Assembly: GCA_963834615.1 (NCBI GenBank) | Contig: CAWICO010000006.1 | Span: 89,158 to 153,157 of the forward strand | Source of the DNA: an uncultured Actinomycetota bacterium | Lineage (GTDB): Bacteria > Actinomycetota > Actinomycetes > Mycobacteriales > Mycobacteriaceae | Reading direction: 5' to 3' | DNA: 64,000 nt | Part shown: positions 1 to 10,088 of the stretch, one piece after another | Position numbering within the stretch: position 1 is the first letter of the stretch | Layout: every line of letters starts with the position of its first letter | Translations under genes and position numbers: made by a program | The notes under the pieces: model-generated | What the model was told of the DNA's origin: nothing | Database searches by the model: none | What the model saw: only the letters and a program-made list of their open reading frames with translations

Positions 1-24
1 GTCGAGGCCACCGCTGCGGTCTGA
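1..24 (+). CDS. 3' end of a gene entering the window (…VEATAAV*), by synteny possibly egtE
   Basis: Frame 1 reads gtc gag gcc acc gct gcg gtc tga; the M. tuberculosis egt operon (Rv3700c-3704c) converges on Rv3699. Confidence 0.3.
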   Translation, partial: VEATAAV

Positions 25-27
25 CGC

Positions 28-708
28 TCAGTCGGCCTTATGAGCGCTGAGCAGATAAGCCGGCAACTTCATCCGGCCCTTCTCATCCCGGTCATGCTCC
101 GGCATCGGGGTGTCCGATTCAGGCGGTGCCGGCGGGATGTGCGCGTGAATGAAGGCCGGCCGGATCTCATCGATTTCCCAGTGCTTACTCACCGCGTCGC
201 GCAGCTCGTCCTCGTCGACCTCGTTCGGCTTCTGCTCCCATTCGCCCGGGAACGCGCCCGCGGCGAATACCAGCACGAAGTAGCCGGCCCCGTCGGCTGC
301 CGCGCGGTGCACCGCACGCAGATAATCATCGCGGCCCTCGACCGGCAACGAGTGGAACAGCGTGCTGTCGATCACGGTGTTGAACCGGCCGTCGTGACCG
401 CCGAACGCGGTGATGTCGGCCTGCTCGAAGCTCGCGCTGCTCAAGCCGCGCTCCTCAGCGGCCTTGGTAGCGGCGGCGACCGCGGTCGGGGTCAGGTCGA
501 CTCCGTGCACGGTGTAACCCTCGGCGGCCAGTGCCAACGACAGCTCGGCGTACCCACAGCCGGCGTCGAGGACGTCGCTGCGAACCTTGCCGGCCCTGAT
601 CAACGTGGCCAATTCCGGCTGTGGCTCACCGATATTCCACGGTGGCGGACCCTCGAAGCGGCCCTGCTGGCGGTATGCGTTATCCCAGTCCATTACTTCA
701 TTTGCCAT
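28..708 (-). CDS. Class I SAM-dependent methyltransferase (Rv3699-like)
   Basis: VLDAGCGYAE motif I; start MANEVMDWD at 708, 10 nt after the upstream gene stop. Confidence 0.85.
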   Translation of the reverse strand: MANEVMDWDNAYRQQGRFEGPPPWNIGEPQPELATLIRAGKVRSDVLDAGCGYAELSLALAAEGYTVHGVDLTPTAVAAATKAAEERGLSSASFEQADITAFGGHDGRFNTVIDSTLFHSLPVEGRDDYLRAVHRAAADGAGYFVLVFAAGAFPGEWEQKPNEVDEDELRDAVSKHWEIDEIRPAFIHAHIPPAPPESDTPMPEHDRDEKGRMKLPAYLLSAHKAD

Positions 709-718
709 GTGTTTCAAC

Positions 719-2197
719 CTACTCCGGCACTTCCCAGGTGTGGACGGGCTCGTTGTGGTGCATGTGATCGCAGTACCGGCGCAGCATCTCGGCCAGTGCC
801 GCAGGCCGATCCAGACCGCGCCTCTCCAAGGCACGCACGGTGGACACCTGCCACGTCGCGCCATTGCGCCCGGCACGGGCACGGCCTTCGATCACGCCGA
901 GCACCCGGTCGCGAATCTCGGCGGCGACGCCCCAGCGATCCAGTCCCGCATACGCCATCGGCAGCAGGTGCCCGATCACCAGTTCTTCGGTGCTGACGGT
1001 ATCCAATCCCGGCCAGTACAGCTGCGCACGTATGCCGTGGCGAGCACCCTCATTGAAATTACGTTGCGCCGCGGCGAAATCCATCTTCGTCCAGACCGGA
1101 CGGTCCTCATCGGACAGCGTGCGCAGCATGCCGTAATAGAAGGCCGAGTTGGCCACCATGTCGATCACCGTGGGCCCGGCCGGCAACACCCGGTTTTCCA
1201 CCCGCAGGTGCGGCCTTCCCGCGACCACGTCGTACACCGGCCGGTTCCACCGGTAGACCGTCCCGTTGTGCAGGCGCAGTTCGGCTAGCTGGGGAATGCG
1301 GCCTGCGGCGAGTTCGGCGGCGGGATCCTCGTCGGACACCTCCGGCAGCAGCGACGGAAAATAGCGGACGTTCTCCTCGAACAGGTCGAAGATCGACGTG
1401 ATCCACCGCTCGCCGAACCACACCCGCGGGCGCACACCCTGGCTGATCAGCTCGTCGGGCCGGGTGTCGGTAGATTGGGCGAACAGCTCGATGCGGGTTT
1501 CGGCCCACAGTTGATGGCCGTAGAAGAACGGCGAGTTGGCCCCGAGCGCCAATTGCGGGCCGGCGATCACCTGGGCGGCGTTCCAATTGTCGGCGAAATC
1601 GTCCGGCGACACCTGTAGGTGCAATTGCATACTCGTGCAGGCAGATTCAGGAGCAATGGACGTCGAGGTGAGGGCGAGCGGCTCGGGTCCGTCGATGTCG
1701 ATATGGATATCCTCGCCGCGGGCGTCGAAGATGGAGTCGTTAAGCGCGGCGTAGCGAGCCGACGGACTCATCCATCCACTGCTGAGGTGTTCGGGCATCA
1801 GCGTCGGCAAGATTCCGACCATCACGATGTGGGCGCCACCCGCGCTGGCCTTGGTCTCGGCGGCATTCAGGCTGGCTCGGACTTCGTCTTCCAGTTGCAC
1901 ACTGGTGTCGCCGCCCAGCGCCCGGGGCGGAACGTTGAATTCGATGTTGTACGCGCCCAATTCGGTCTGGTAGGCCGGGTCGGCGATGGCGGCCAGCACG
2001 TCTTGGTTCTTCATCGCCGGCTGGTAGTCGTCGTCGACCAGGTTGCATTCGATCTCCATCCCGGTCAACGGGTGGTCGAGCTCGAAGCTGGATTGCGCGA
2101 GCATCGTCTCAAAGACGTCCAGGCACAGCTGCACCTTGCGTCGGTACTCCTGCCGGTCGACGCGTGCGTAGGTAGTCCGCTTGACGTCTTTGCCCAC
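719..2197 (-). CDS. Glutamate-cysteine ligase family 2 (GCS2)-like carboxylate-amine ligase (Rv3698-like)
   Basis: 492 aa; GMEIE, ELGAYNIEFN, SMQLHLQV and RVENRVL motifs. Confidence 0.8.
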   Translation of the reverse strand: MGKDVKRTTYARVDRQEYRRKVQLCLDVFETMLAQSSFELDHPLTGMEIECNLVDDDYQPAMKNQDVLAAIADPAYQTELGAYNIEFNVPPRALGGDTSVQLEDEVRASLNAAETKASAGGAHIVMVGILPTLMPEHLSSGWMSPSARYAALNDSIFDARGEDIHIDIDGPEPLALTSTSIAPESACTSMQLHLQVSPDDFADNWNAAQVIAGPQLALGANSPFFYGHQLWAETRIELFAQSTDTRPDELISQGVRPRVWFGERWITSIFDLFEENVRYFPSLLPEVSDEDPAAELAAGRIPQLAELRLHNGTVYRWNRPVYDVVAGRPHLRVENRVLPAGPTVIDMVANSAFYYGMLRTLSDEDRPVWTKMDFAAAQRNFNEGARHGIRAQLYWPGLDTVSTEELVIGHLLPMAYAGLDRWGVAAEIRDRVLGVIEGRARAGRNGATWQVSTVRALERRGLDRPAALAEMLRRYCDHMHHNEPVHTWEVPE

Positions 2198-2385
2198 TAG
2201 GCCGATGCAACCGCGTTATCGGCGGCCGCGCAACAGATCGACAGAATGAAGCGCCGCGGTGCCCATTTGACGGGTGGATGCACATTGTTGATTTACCGGC
2301 ACACGGTATTGACCCTGCTGTCGCGATCTTGAAACAATCTCAGCCTAGCCTCAGGGAAATCACAGGCAGCTCTGAAGGGTCAACA

Positions 2386-3105
2386 ATGCGTGACAGTCAG
2401 CGACGCACGGCAGGCATCGTCGGAACCGCACTGGGGGCGCTGCTGGCCTCTCCGGTCATCGCGCTGCTGGCGACCCCGGTCGCGAGCGCCGACTCGGGCG
2501 ATTTGGCGACTATCGGGCCGTACACGATTGACGGGTACACCGATACCTTCACCTATGACCCCGACACGTCCGCGTTCGACAACTTTCTGACGGGTTCGTT
2601 CGACTCATACCCGATCGATCTCGACATCTATTCCGGCGCTTCGGGTTCGGGTGATTCGGAAGTCCTTGTCACGATTCCGTTGTTGTTCCAGGGTGGGTAT
2701 GAGGACGTCGACGGGACGATCACGCCGATCTCCTCGGTCGATGCGGCTGACTTCGTCAGTCCCGACGTCGGCCTGGTGGACCTCGGCGGTGCGGTGGCCC
2801 CGGGCGAGGGGATCGTGACGGTCGGCCCGTTCGACCTAGGCGGGTACGCGGACACTTTCAGTATCAACCCAGACACCCTTGCGCTCGACAACTTCGTGAC
2901 CGGCACGTCCAACGCGTTGCCGTTCGACCTTGACTTGTTCGCGGGCGCACCGGGTTCGGACTCCTCGGAGTTCGTGCTCACAGTTCCGGCGCTGTTCCAG
3001 GTCGGTTTGGACGATGTCGCCGGCGCTTTGACTCCGATCTTCTCGCTAGACCCGAGTGACTTCGTCAGTCCCGACATCGGCCTGACTCTTCTCGGCAGTC
3101 TCTAA
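2386..3105 (+). CDS. Secreted acidic protein with two tandem ~90-aa domains, function unknown
   Basis: Signal peptide ending PVASA; internal repeat with 103-aa period. Confidence 0.8.
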   Translation: MRDSQRRTAGIVGTALGALLASPVIALLATPVASADSGDLATIGPYTIDGYTDTFTYDPDTSAFDNFLTGSFDSYPIDLDIYSGASGSGDSEVLVTIPLLFQGGYEDVDGTITPISSVDAADFVSPDVGLVDLGGAVAPGEGIVTVGPFDLGGYADTFSINPDTLALDNFVTGTSNALPFDLDLFAGAPGSDSSEFVLTVPALFQVGLDDVAGALTPIFSLDPSDFVSPDIGLTLLGSL

Positions 3106-3158
3106 CCGTCTGCTTCCCGCGTGGTCCATGATTGGACACAATCGCGGGAGGAATGCAG

Positions 3159-4676
3159 TTGGCGGATTTCGTCGCTTCGATCGACCAGGGCACCACCAGC
3201 ACCCGATGCATCATTTTCGACCGCTCCGGCGGCGAGGTGGGCAGCCACCAGTTGGAGCATGAGCAGATCATGCCTCAAGCCGGCTGGGTCGAGCACAACC
3301 CGATCGAGATCTGGGAACGCACCACTGCGGTGCTGATGTCGGCGCTCAACGCGACCAACCTTTCATCAAAAGACATTGCCGCGCTTGGAATCACAAACCA
3401 GCGCGAGACGACGCTGGTGTGGGACCGGCACACCGGCCGGCCGTATCACAACGCGATCGTCTGGCAAGACACCCGTACCGACCGCATCGCGACGGCGCTG
3501 GACCGCGACGGTCGCGGCGACGTGATCCGGCACAAAGCAGGGTTGCCGCCCGCGACGTATTTCGCCGGCGGAAAACTGCAGTGGGTTCTGGACAACGTCG
3601 ACGGGGTGCGCGCCGCCGCCGAGCGCGGCGACGCGGTGTTCGGCACGACGGACACCTGGCTGCTGTGGAACCTGACCGGTGGCTCCCGCGGCGGGGTGCA
3701 CGTCACCGACGTCACCAACGCCAGTCGCACCATGCTGATGAATCTGGAGACGTTGGACTGGGACGACGAGCTGTTGTCGTTCTTCGGTATCCCGCGGCAG
3801 ATGCTGCCGTCCATTGCGTCGTCCTCGCCGCTGCAGCCTTACGGCGTCACGGCCCAGACCGGGCCGCTGGGCGGGGAGGTGCCGATCACCGGGATCCTCG
3901 GTGATCAGCATGCGGCAATGGTCGGTCAAGTCTGCTTCAACCCCGGAGAGGCCAAAAACACCTACGGCACAGGCAATTTCCTGCTGCTGAATACCGGCGA
4001 GCAGATCGTCAGGTCCCGCAACGGCCTGTTGACCACGGTGTGCTACCAGTTCGGCGACGCTAAACCGGTGTACGCCCTTGAAGGTTCGATCGCCGTTACC
4101 GGTTCCGCGGTGCAGTGGCTACGCGACCAACTCGGCATCATCAGCGGCGCAGCGCAGAGCGAAGCACTGGCCCGACAGGTCGACGACAACGGCGGCGTCT
4201 ATTTCGTCCCGGCGTTTTCGGGTTTGTTTGCGCCGTACTGGCGTTCGGATGCGCGTGGCGCGATCGTCGGGCTGTCGCGGTACAACACCAACGCTCATCT
4301 GGCTCGCGCGACGCTGGAGTCGATCTGTTATCAGAGCCGTGACGTGGTAGACGCAATGCAGGCCGATTCGGGTGTACGCCTCGAGGTGCTCAAGGTCGAT
4401 GGCGGCATCACGGCCAACGACTTGTGTATGCAGATCCAGGCCGACGTACTGGGTGTCGACGCGGTGCGACCGGTGGTCGCCGAGACGACGGCGTTCGGGG
4501 CGGCCTACGCCGCGGGCCTGGCGGTCGGGTTCTGGGCCGACCCGGATGAACTGCGCGCCAATTGGCGAGAAGGCAAGCGGTGGACGCCGACGTGGAACGA
4601 CGACCAACGCGCCAGCGGATACGCGGGGTGGCGTAAAGCTGTTGAGCGGACGCTGGATTGGGTCGATGTGTCCTGA
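3159..4676 (+). CDS. glpK: Glycerol kinase
   Basis: [30 protein letters not shown] and LEGS FGGY motifs; GGAGGA RBS before TTG 3159. Confidence 0.97.
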   Translation: MADFVASIDQGTTSTRCIIFDRSGGEVGSHQLEHEQIMPQAGWVEHNPIEIWERTTAVLMSALNATNLSSKDIAALGITNQRETTLVWDRHTGRPYHNAIVWQDTRTDRIATALDRDGRGDVIRHKAGLPPATYFAGGKLQWVLDNVDGVRAAAERGDAVFGTTDTWLLWNLTGGSRGGVHVTDVTNASRTMLMNLETLDWDDELLSFFGIPRQMLPSIASSSPLQPYGVTAQTGPLGGEVPITGILGDQHAAMVGQVCFNPGEAKNTYGTGNFLLLNTGEQIVRSRNGLLTTVCYQFGDAKPVYALEGSIAVTGSAVQWLRDQLGIISGAAQSEALARQVDDNGGVYFVPAFSGLFAPYWRSDARGAIVGLSRYNTNAHLARATLESICYQSRDVVDAMQADSGVRLEVLKVDGGITANDLCMQIQADVLGVDAVRPVVAETTAFGAAYAAGLAVGFWADPDELRANWREGKRWTPTWNDDQRASGYAGWRKAVERTLDWVDVS

Positions 4677-4682
4677 CGCAAA

Positions 4683-4714
4683 CGGTGGGGACCAGCACGT
4701 GCCGGCCCCCACCG
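4683..4714. terminator. Inverted repeat between convergent glpK and padR
   Basis: cggtgggg…ccccaccg stem. Confidence 0.5.
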
Positions 4715-4726
4715 CTGCGGGTTCGA

Positions 4727-5448
4727 TCAGTCGTCTTCGCCGAGGATTCCGTAGATCTCGCGACGAGCATTGTTAACGATGTCGATGATGCGCTGCTGCT
4801 GCTCGGAGCTGGCAGCATGAGCGGATTGCGCCACGGCACCGAACAGTTGGCCGATTGCCGCGCGCAGATTGAGCTGCGCCGGGTCGACGCCGTCGGCGAT
4901 CTCGTCCCACGGCGGCGTCACGACCTTCTCCGCGACCTCTCTGCCTGCACCGGTCAACTCGAAGAGCTTTTTACTGCCTTCGCTTTCCGTTCCGACGATC
5001 AGTCCTTCGTCGACCAGCAGCTGCAGGGTCGGGTAGACCGAGCCGGGGCTGGGCTTCCACAGGTCCTGACTGCGCTCGGCGACCTCCTGGATGATCTCGT
5101 AGCCGTGCATCGGTCGCTCGGCGAGCAGCACCAGGATGGCCGCACGGACATCGCCGCGGCGACCGCGCCGGTTGTGACCGCCGCGGCGTCCGCCGCGCTG
5201 GGCGGGTCCGAAACCGGGTCCGAAACCGGGTCCGAAGGCACCGGGACCGAAGCCCCTACCGAAACCACGTCCGAAGCCGGGGCCGAACGGGCCCTCATGA
5301 CCAGGTCGTTGCCGCGGATGTAGTCGCGAAATTCGCGGCGGGCTTGCCTGCGGTGCTCCCGCACTCGTTCATGTAGGCCGAAGCCGAAGTTCGCGGGCCC
5401 AGGCCCGCCGGCGAATGGCCCGTCCACATGGGGAAATGGGTTGTTCAT
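4727..5448 (-). pseudogene. PadR-family regulator with G/F/P-rich N-terminus; one apparent frameshift near 5300 (likely sequence error)
   Basis: MHGYEIIQE…PSPGSVYPTLQLL wHTH; N-terminal part MNNPFPH… lies in a different frame. Confidence 0.8.
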
Positions 5449-5586
5449 GGGGTGATCTCGTTTCTGGAAAGGTAACGCCCTGTGCGCTACCGATAAGGTA
5501 ACGATATATCGGAAGCTATCGTTTAGCAAGGCGGGATTCTGCCGAGACGGTTTGCCGCCCCGAAGAGAGCGGGTAGAAGCCACCTG

Positions 5587-5969
5587 ATGAGCCAGGAAAA
5601 AACTGACGTGAAAGTCGACGAATTGGACCGACTGGTGCAGGTGCACACGCGAGCCGCACCAAGCGAATCCGGTTGTGGGTGAACTGGGCGCTGGCGCTGC
5701 TGACGGTGGTCGGCGCCGGAATCGTGATGGCGGTGGCGCTGGGCGCCGTCATGAGCACTGCGGCGTGCAGCGATAAGGCCTGCCCGAATATCGGGCCTGC
5801 CGGAATCGGCTTCAACGCGCTGTTCTACGGCGCTCCGGCGCTGGCGGTGCTGACGGTCGTCGTGTCATTCTTCACCGCAAAACGACGATGGGGATTCGTG
5901 ATCCCTGTCTCGGCGTTGGCGCTGCTGATCGCCGACATCGCCATCCTCGCTGTCACCGTCGCGCAATAG
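5587..5969 (+). CDS. Small membrane protein (3 TM); 5' part from ATG 5587 is out of frame, alternative start 5673
   Basis: Hydrophobic segments with a C-x4-C loop (ACSDKAC). Confidence 0.65.
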
Positions 5970-6740
5970 CTAACTGGGCGGCGCCCACGGCGCTTTGGGC
6001 CACGATCGCAATCGGGCCAGTTCTCTACGGTGCCGTTCGGCGAGCACTGCGGCCAGTACCAGTTGCGGCGGAGTTCCGGGCGGAGGCGGCGGAGCCACCC
6101 GGCTCAGCACATCCCTGGCGATCCGGTAGGCCATCTGATCCCGTACTTCCGGGTCCAATTGTTCTGCGCGCGTGAGAAATTGGCGTGCCACCTCAGCTTG
6201 GTCGACGCTGAGGCCGGAGAGCTGTAGTGACCCCGCCCACCAGGCGAGATAAGGTGGCATAGTCGGCGGTGGACCCAGCCTCGGTCCGCGCTCGCTGATC
6301 ACCACCGTGCCGGCGAAGATGTCGCCGATCCGCTTGGCTTTTGGCGAGAGCATGCCGCAGATGACCGCGGGGCTGCCCACCAGCATCCAGATCTCCACGA
6401 TCGACGCCAGTGCGCGAAACAGGGCTTGGCGGAAGCGCTCCGGTCCGCCGTCGTCGGACACTACCCGCAGGCCCATCGCCATCTTGCCGAGTGTTCGCCC
6501 GCGGGTGGCCGTCTCGAAGATCAGCGGGTATCCGACGAGCACCAGCACGGTGAAGATCACCATGATCGCCGCGCTCAGCGCTTCGTCGAATTGACTCAAC
6601 GCGGCGGCCCACAGCACCAGCGAGATCAGATATCCGACCAAAATGACTGAGATGTCGATGAGGGCACTCACGGCCCGCACCGGTAACTGGGCGACCCGCA
6701 CGTCGAGGACAACGGCGTCCCCGGTCACCACCTCCGACAT
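5970..6740 (-). CDS. RDD-family membrane protein (Rv3695-like)
   Basis: R-x3-A-x2-D, GRTLGK and KRIGDIFAGTVV motifs. Confidence 0.9.
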   Translation of the reverse strand: MSEVVTGDAVVLDVRVAQLPVRAVSALIDISVILVGYLISLVLWAAALSQFDEALSAAIMVIFTVLVLVGYPLIFETATRGRTLGKMAMGLRVVSDDGGPERFRQALFRALASIVEIWMLVGSPAVICGMLSPKAKRIGDIFAGTVVISERGPRLGPPPTMPPYLAWWAGSLQLSGLSVDQAEVARQFLTRAEQLDPEVRDQMAYRIARDVLSRVAPPPPPGTPPQLVLAAVLAERHRRELARLRSWPKAPWAPPS

Positions 6741-6771
6741 ACCGCGAACGCTACCCGGCTAGCCTTGCGGG

Positions 6772-7764
6772 GTGGACGTCGATGCGTTCGTGCTCACACA
6801 CCGCGACACCTGGGATCGCCTCGACCACTTGGTGAAAAATCGCCGTCGGCTGACCGGAGATGAGGTCGACGAACTCGTCGAGCTCTACCAACGGGTGTCG
6901 ACGCACTTGTCGATGCTGCGTTCCGGGTCCTCGGATTCGGTGCTGGTCGGCCGACTGTCGAGCTTGGTCGCGCGCGCCCGGGCCGCCGTCACCGGAGCTC
7001 ATGCACCCGTGTCTCGGGAGTTCACCCGGTTCTGGACGGTGTCCTTCCCCGTGGTGGCCTACCGGGCCCGGTGGTGGTGGCTGGCGACGGCAGTGGTGTT
7101 CTTCGCAGTCACGGCAGTGATCTCGATCTGGGTCATCGGCAGCCCGGAAGTGCAGTCCACGATCGGAACACCCAGTGAGATAGACGAATTGGTGAATCAC
7201 GACTTCGCCTCTTATTACAGCAAGCACTCGGCGGCCGCGTTCGGCTTGCATGTGTGGGTGAACAATTCCTGGGTGGCCGCCAAGTGCATCGCGTTCTCCA
7301 TCTTGCTGGGCGCCCCGATTCCGTTCGTGCTGTTCGCAAACGCCGCCAACCTCGGTGTGGTGTCCGGTCTGATGATGTCAGCCGGAAAGGCTGACGTCAT
7401 GCTGGGCTTGCTGATTCCGCATGGCTTGTTGGAGATGACGGCGGTCTTCCTGGCCGGCGCCGCCGGCATGCGACTGGGCTGGTCGGTGATCGCACCGGGT
7501 GACCGCCCGCGCGGCCAGGTGCTTGCCGAGCAGGGCCGCGCTGTCGTGTCGGTCGCCGTGGGTCTGTCGGTGGTGCTGCTCGTCTCAGGGGCCATCGAAG
7601 CGTTCGTCACCCCGTCGCCGCTGCCGACCTTCGTGCGGATCGGCATCGGAATCTTCGCCGAGGCAGGCTTCTTGGGCTACGTCATGTTCTTCGGCATGCG
7701 CGCCGTCAAGGCCGGCGACACCGGGGACATCGCCGACGCACCCGACGTGGTGCCGACCAGGTGA
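6772..7764 (+). CDS. SpoIIM-family membrane protein (Rv3694c-like)
   Basis: MDVDAFV start, NNSWVA and PHGLLE motifs. Confidence 0.9.
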   Translation: MDVDAFVLTHRDTWDRLDHLVKNRRRLTGDEVDELVELYQRVSTHLSMLRSGSSDSVLVGRLSSLVARARAAVTGAHAPVSREFTRFWTVSFPVVAYRARWWWLATAVVFFAVTAVISIWVIGSPEVQSTIGTPSEIDELVNHDFASYYSKHSAAAFGLHVWVNNSWVAAKCIAFSILLGAPIPFVLFANAANLGVVSGLMMSAGKADVMLGLLIPHGLLEMTAVFLAGAAGMRLGWSVIAPGDRPRGQVLAEQGRAVVSVAVGLSVVLLVSGAIEAFVTPSPLPTFVRIGIGIFAEAGFLGYVMFFGMRAVKAGDTGDIADAPDVVPTR

Positions 7765-7782
7765 GCCACTCGACGGGCTGAG

Positions 7783-9105
7783 CTACAGCCGCCCCGCGGC
7801 TTTCATCGCCAGATAGCGGTCGGCCAGCGCGGGCGCGAGCTCGGTGGGCGGGGCGTCGATCACCTCGACTCCGCTGTGGCGCAGCCTGGAAGCGACTGCC
7901 GAGCGGTCGTTTCGGGATCGCTCAGCGGCGGCCGCGTCATACACCGCGGCGGCGTCGACGCGGCCCGCGGCCAATTGGTCGACGCGGGGGTCGGTGACCG
8001 CGGCGACGACGACGCGGTGTTTGGCCGACAGTTGAGGAAGTACCGGCAGCAGGCCCTCGTCGAGGGCGCTGGGGTTGAGGTCGGTCAGCAAAATCACCAG
8101 CGCCCGGCGCCGCGTCCGCCGAAGGATCGCAGAAACCATTGCTGTGGAATCAGATTCGATGAGAGACGGCGTCAGTGGCGCCATCGCCTCGACCAGCCGA
8201 CTCAGTAACTCTGTGCGTGACGCGCCGAATACGCCGGCCCGGGTCACCCGGTCGTGAGCGAGGAAGTCGACGCGATCACCTGCCTTGGACGCCAGGGCCG
8301 CCAGCAGCAGGGCGGCGTCCATCGACCAGTCCAGCCGTGGCCAACCGTTCGGGTCGCTGACCGTCGGGTCGACACCGACACGTCCGGCGGCCGTTCGCCC
8401 GGTGTCGAGCACGATGACGACCCGGCGGTCGCGTTCCGGCCGCCACGTCCGGACCACCACGTCAGATCGGCGGGCCGTCGCGCGCCAGTCGATCGAACGC
8501 ACATCGTCACCAACCACGTACTCCCGCAGCGAGTCGAATTCGGTACCCTGGCCACGCGTCAATGTCGGTGACAAACCGTCGATTTCGCGGAGTCTCGCCA
8601 GCCGCGACGGCAGGTGCTTGCGGGACAGGAAAGGCGGCAGCACCCGCACCTGGCCGGGCACCGGGCGTGACTGTTGCCGCCCCGCCAACCCGAGCGGCCC
8701 GATCGAACGAGCGGTGACCGTCGCCGAGCGCTGATCGCCGCGGCGGACCGGCCGCAACCAGGTGTCTATCCGTTGCACCCGCCCGGCCGTGATGTCGACG
8801 GCATGGGCTGGTGGTTCGGCCTGAGCGCTGGGTGCCCAGGCATCGCGAACCTTTCCGTGAAACCGGCGCCGCCCGTCGTTGCGGACCATCAGGCCGAGGC
8901 TCACCAGCTCCCCGAGGCGAACGGAGTCGTTCGGCAGGCGGTTGTACTGCAGCTGAGCCGGGCTGGCCGCCAAACCGATATCAACGAGCACGGCGATCAC
9001 GAGCAGCGACAGCAGCATGACGAAAGTCGCTGCCGGCGTTGGAGATAACGCAACCGGCAACACGCACAACAACGCGAGCACACCGGTTCGCCCGGTCAGC
9101 ACCAC
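7783..9105 (-). CDS. DUF58 (vWA-like) protein (Rv3693-like)
   Basis: EFDSLREYVVGDDVRSIDWRATAR and VLDTGRT motifs; start overlaps moxR stop. Confidence 0.9.
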   Translation of the reverse strand: MVLTGRTGVLALLCVLPVALSPTPAATFVMLLSLLVIAVLVDIGLAASPAQLQYNRLPNDSVRLGELVSLGLMVRNDGRRRFHGKVRDAWAPSAQAEPPAHAVDITAGRVQRIDTWLRPVRRGDQRSATVTARSIGPLGLAGRQQSRPVPGQVRVLPPFLSRKHLPSRLARLREIDGLSPTLTRGQGTEFDSLREYVVGDDVRSIDWRATARRSDVVVRTWRPERDRRVVIVLDTGRTAAGRVGVDPTVSDPNGWPRLDWSMDAALLLAALASKAGDRVDFLAHDRVTRAGVFGASRTELLSRLVEAMAPLTPSLIESDSTAMVSAILRRTRRRALVILLTDLNPSALDEGLLPVLPQLSAKHRVVVAAVTDPRVDQLAAGRVDAAAVYDAAAAERSRNDRSAVASRLRHSGVEVIDAPPTELAPALADRYLAMKAAGRL

Positions 9106-10088
9106 TAGCGCGGCACCGCGACCGACGCCAGGATGCCGTCTAGTACCGCATCGGCGGTGGCGCCCTCCAGCTCGGCTTCCGGCCGCAGCAGCACCCGGTG
9201 TCGCAGCGTCGGACGGGCCATGGCTTTCACGTCGTCGGGAGTGACGTAGTTGCGACCGGACAGCCATGACCACGCCCGCGCTGTCGCCAGCAGAGCGGTT
9301 GCGCCGCGGGGTGAGACGCCAAGCTGCAATGCCGGCGAATGCCGGGTGGCGCCCGCGATGTCGACGATGTAGCCGAGCACCTCGTCGGCTACCAGGACCC
9401 GGCCAACCGCGTCACGGCCCGCGGCCAACTCGGCGGGCCCGGCGACCGGTCGGATCGCCGACAGGTCGCGGGGGTCGAAACCGTGCGCATGCCGGCCCAG
9501 GATGGCAATCTCGGCGTCCCGCGGCGGAAGCGGCACAGTGAGTTTCACCAAGAACCGGTCGAGCTGTGCTTCGGGCAACTGGTACGTGCCCTCGTATTCG
9601 ATCGGGTTCTGCGTGGCCGCGACGATGAACGGATCAGGCAGCGGCCTGGGTTCACCGTCCACGCTGACCTGACGTTCCTCCATCGCCTCCAGCAGGGAGG
9701 CCTGGGTCTTCGGCGGTGTCCGGTTGATCTCGTCGGCCAACAGAAGATTGGTGAACACCGGACCGTTACGGAATACGAACTCGGCGGTGCGGTTGTCGTA
9801 GACCAGCGATCCGGTGACGTCGCCAGGCATCAGATCCGGGGTGAACTGGACCCGCTTGAACTCCAATTGAAGAGCGGCCGCCAAAGATCTCACCAGCAAC
9901 GTCTTTGCCACGCCCGGAACGCCTTCGAGCAAAACGTGACCTCGGCACAGCAGCGCCACCACCAGACCGGTCACCGCCGCCTCCTGTCCCACGACGGCCT
10001 TGCCGATCTCGCCACGTAGTGCGAGCAACGCACTGCGGGTCGACTGCTCTGTCGGCGACTGACCGGAGCGGTGTGGCGAGTGGGTCAT
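9105..10088 (-). CDS. moxR2: MoxR-family AAA+ ATPase
   Basis: LLEGVPGVAKT Walker A, LADEINR Walker B, QFTPDLMPGD. Confidence 0.95.
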   Translation of the reverse strand: MTHSPHRSGQSPTEQSTRSALLALRGEIGKAVVGQEAAVTGLVVALLCRGHVLLEGVPGVAKTLLVRSLAAALQLEFKRVQFTPDLMPGDVTGSLVYDNRTAEFVFRNGPVFTNLLLADEINRTPPKTQASLLEAMEERQVSVDGEPRPLPDPFIVAATQNPIEYEGTYQLPEAQLDRFLVKLTVPLPPRDAEIAILGRHAHGFDPRDLSAIRPVAGPAELAAGRDAVGRVLVADEVLGYIVDIAGATRHSPALQLGVSPRGATALLATARAWSWLSGRNYVTPDDVKAMARPTLRHRVLLRPEAELEGATADAVLDGILASVAVPR

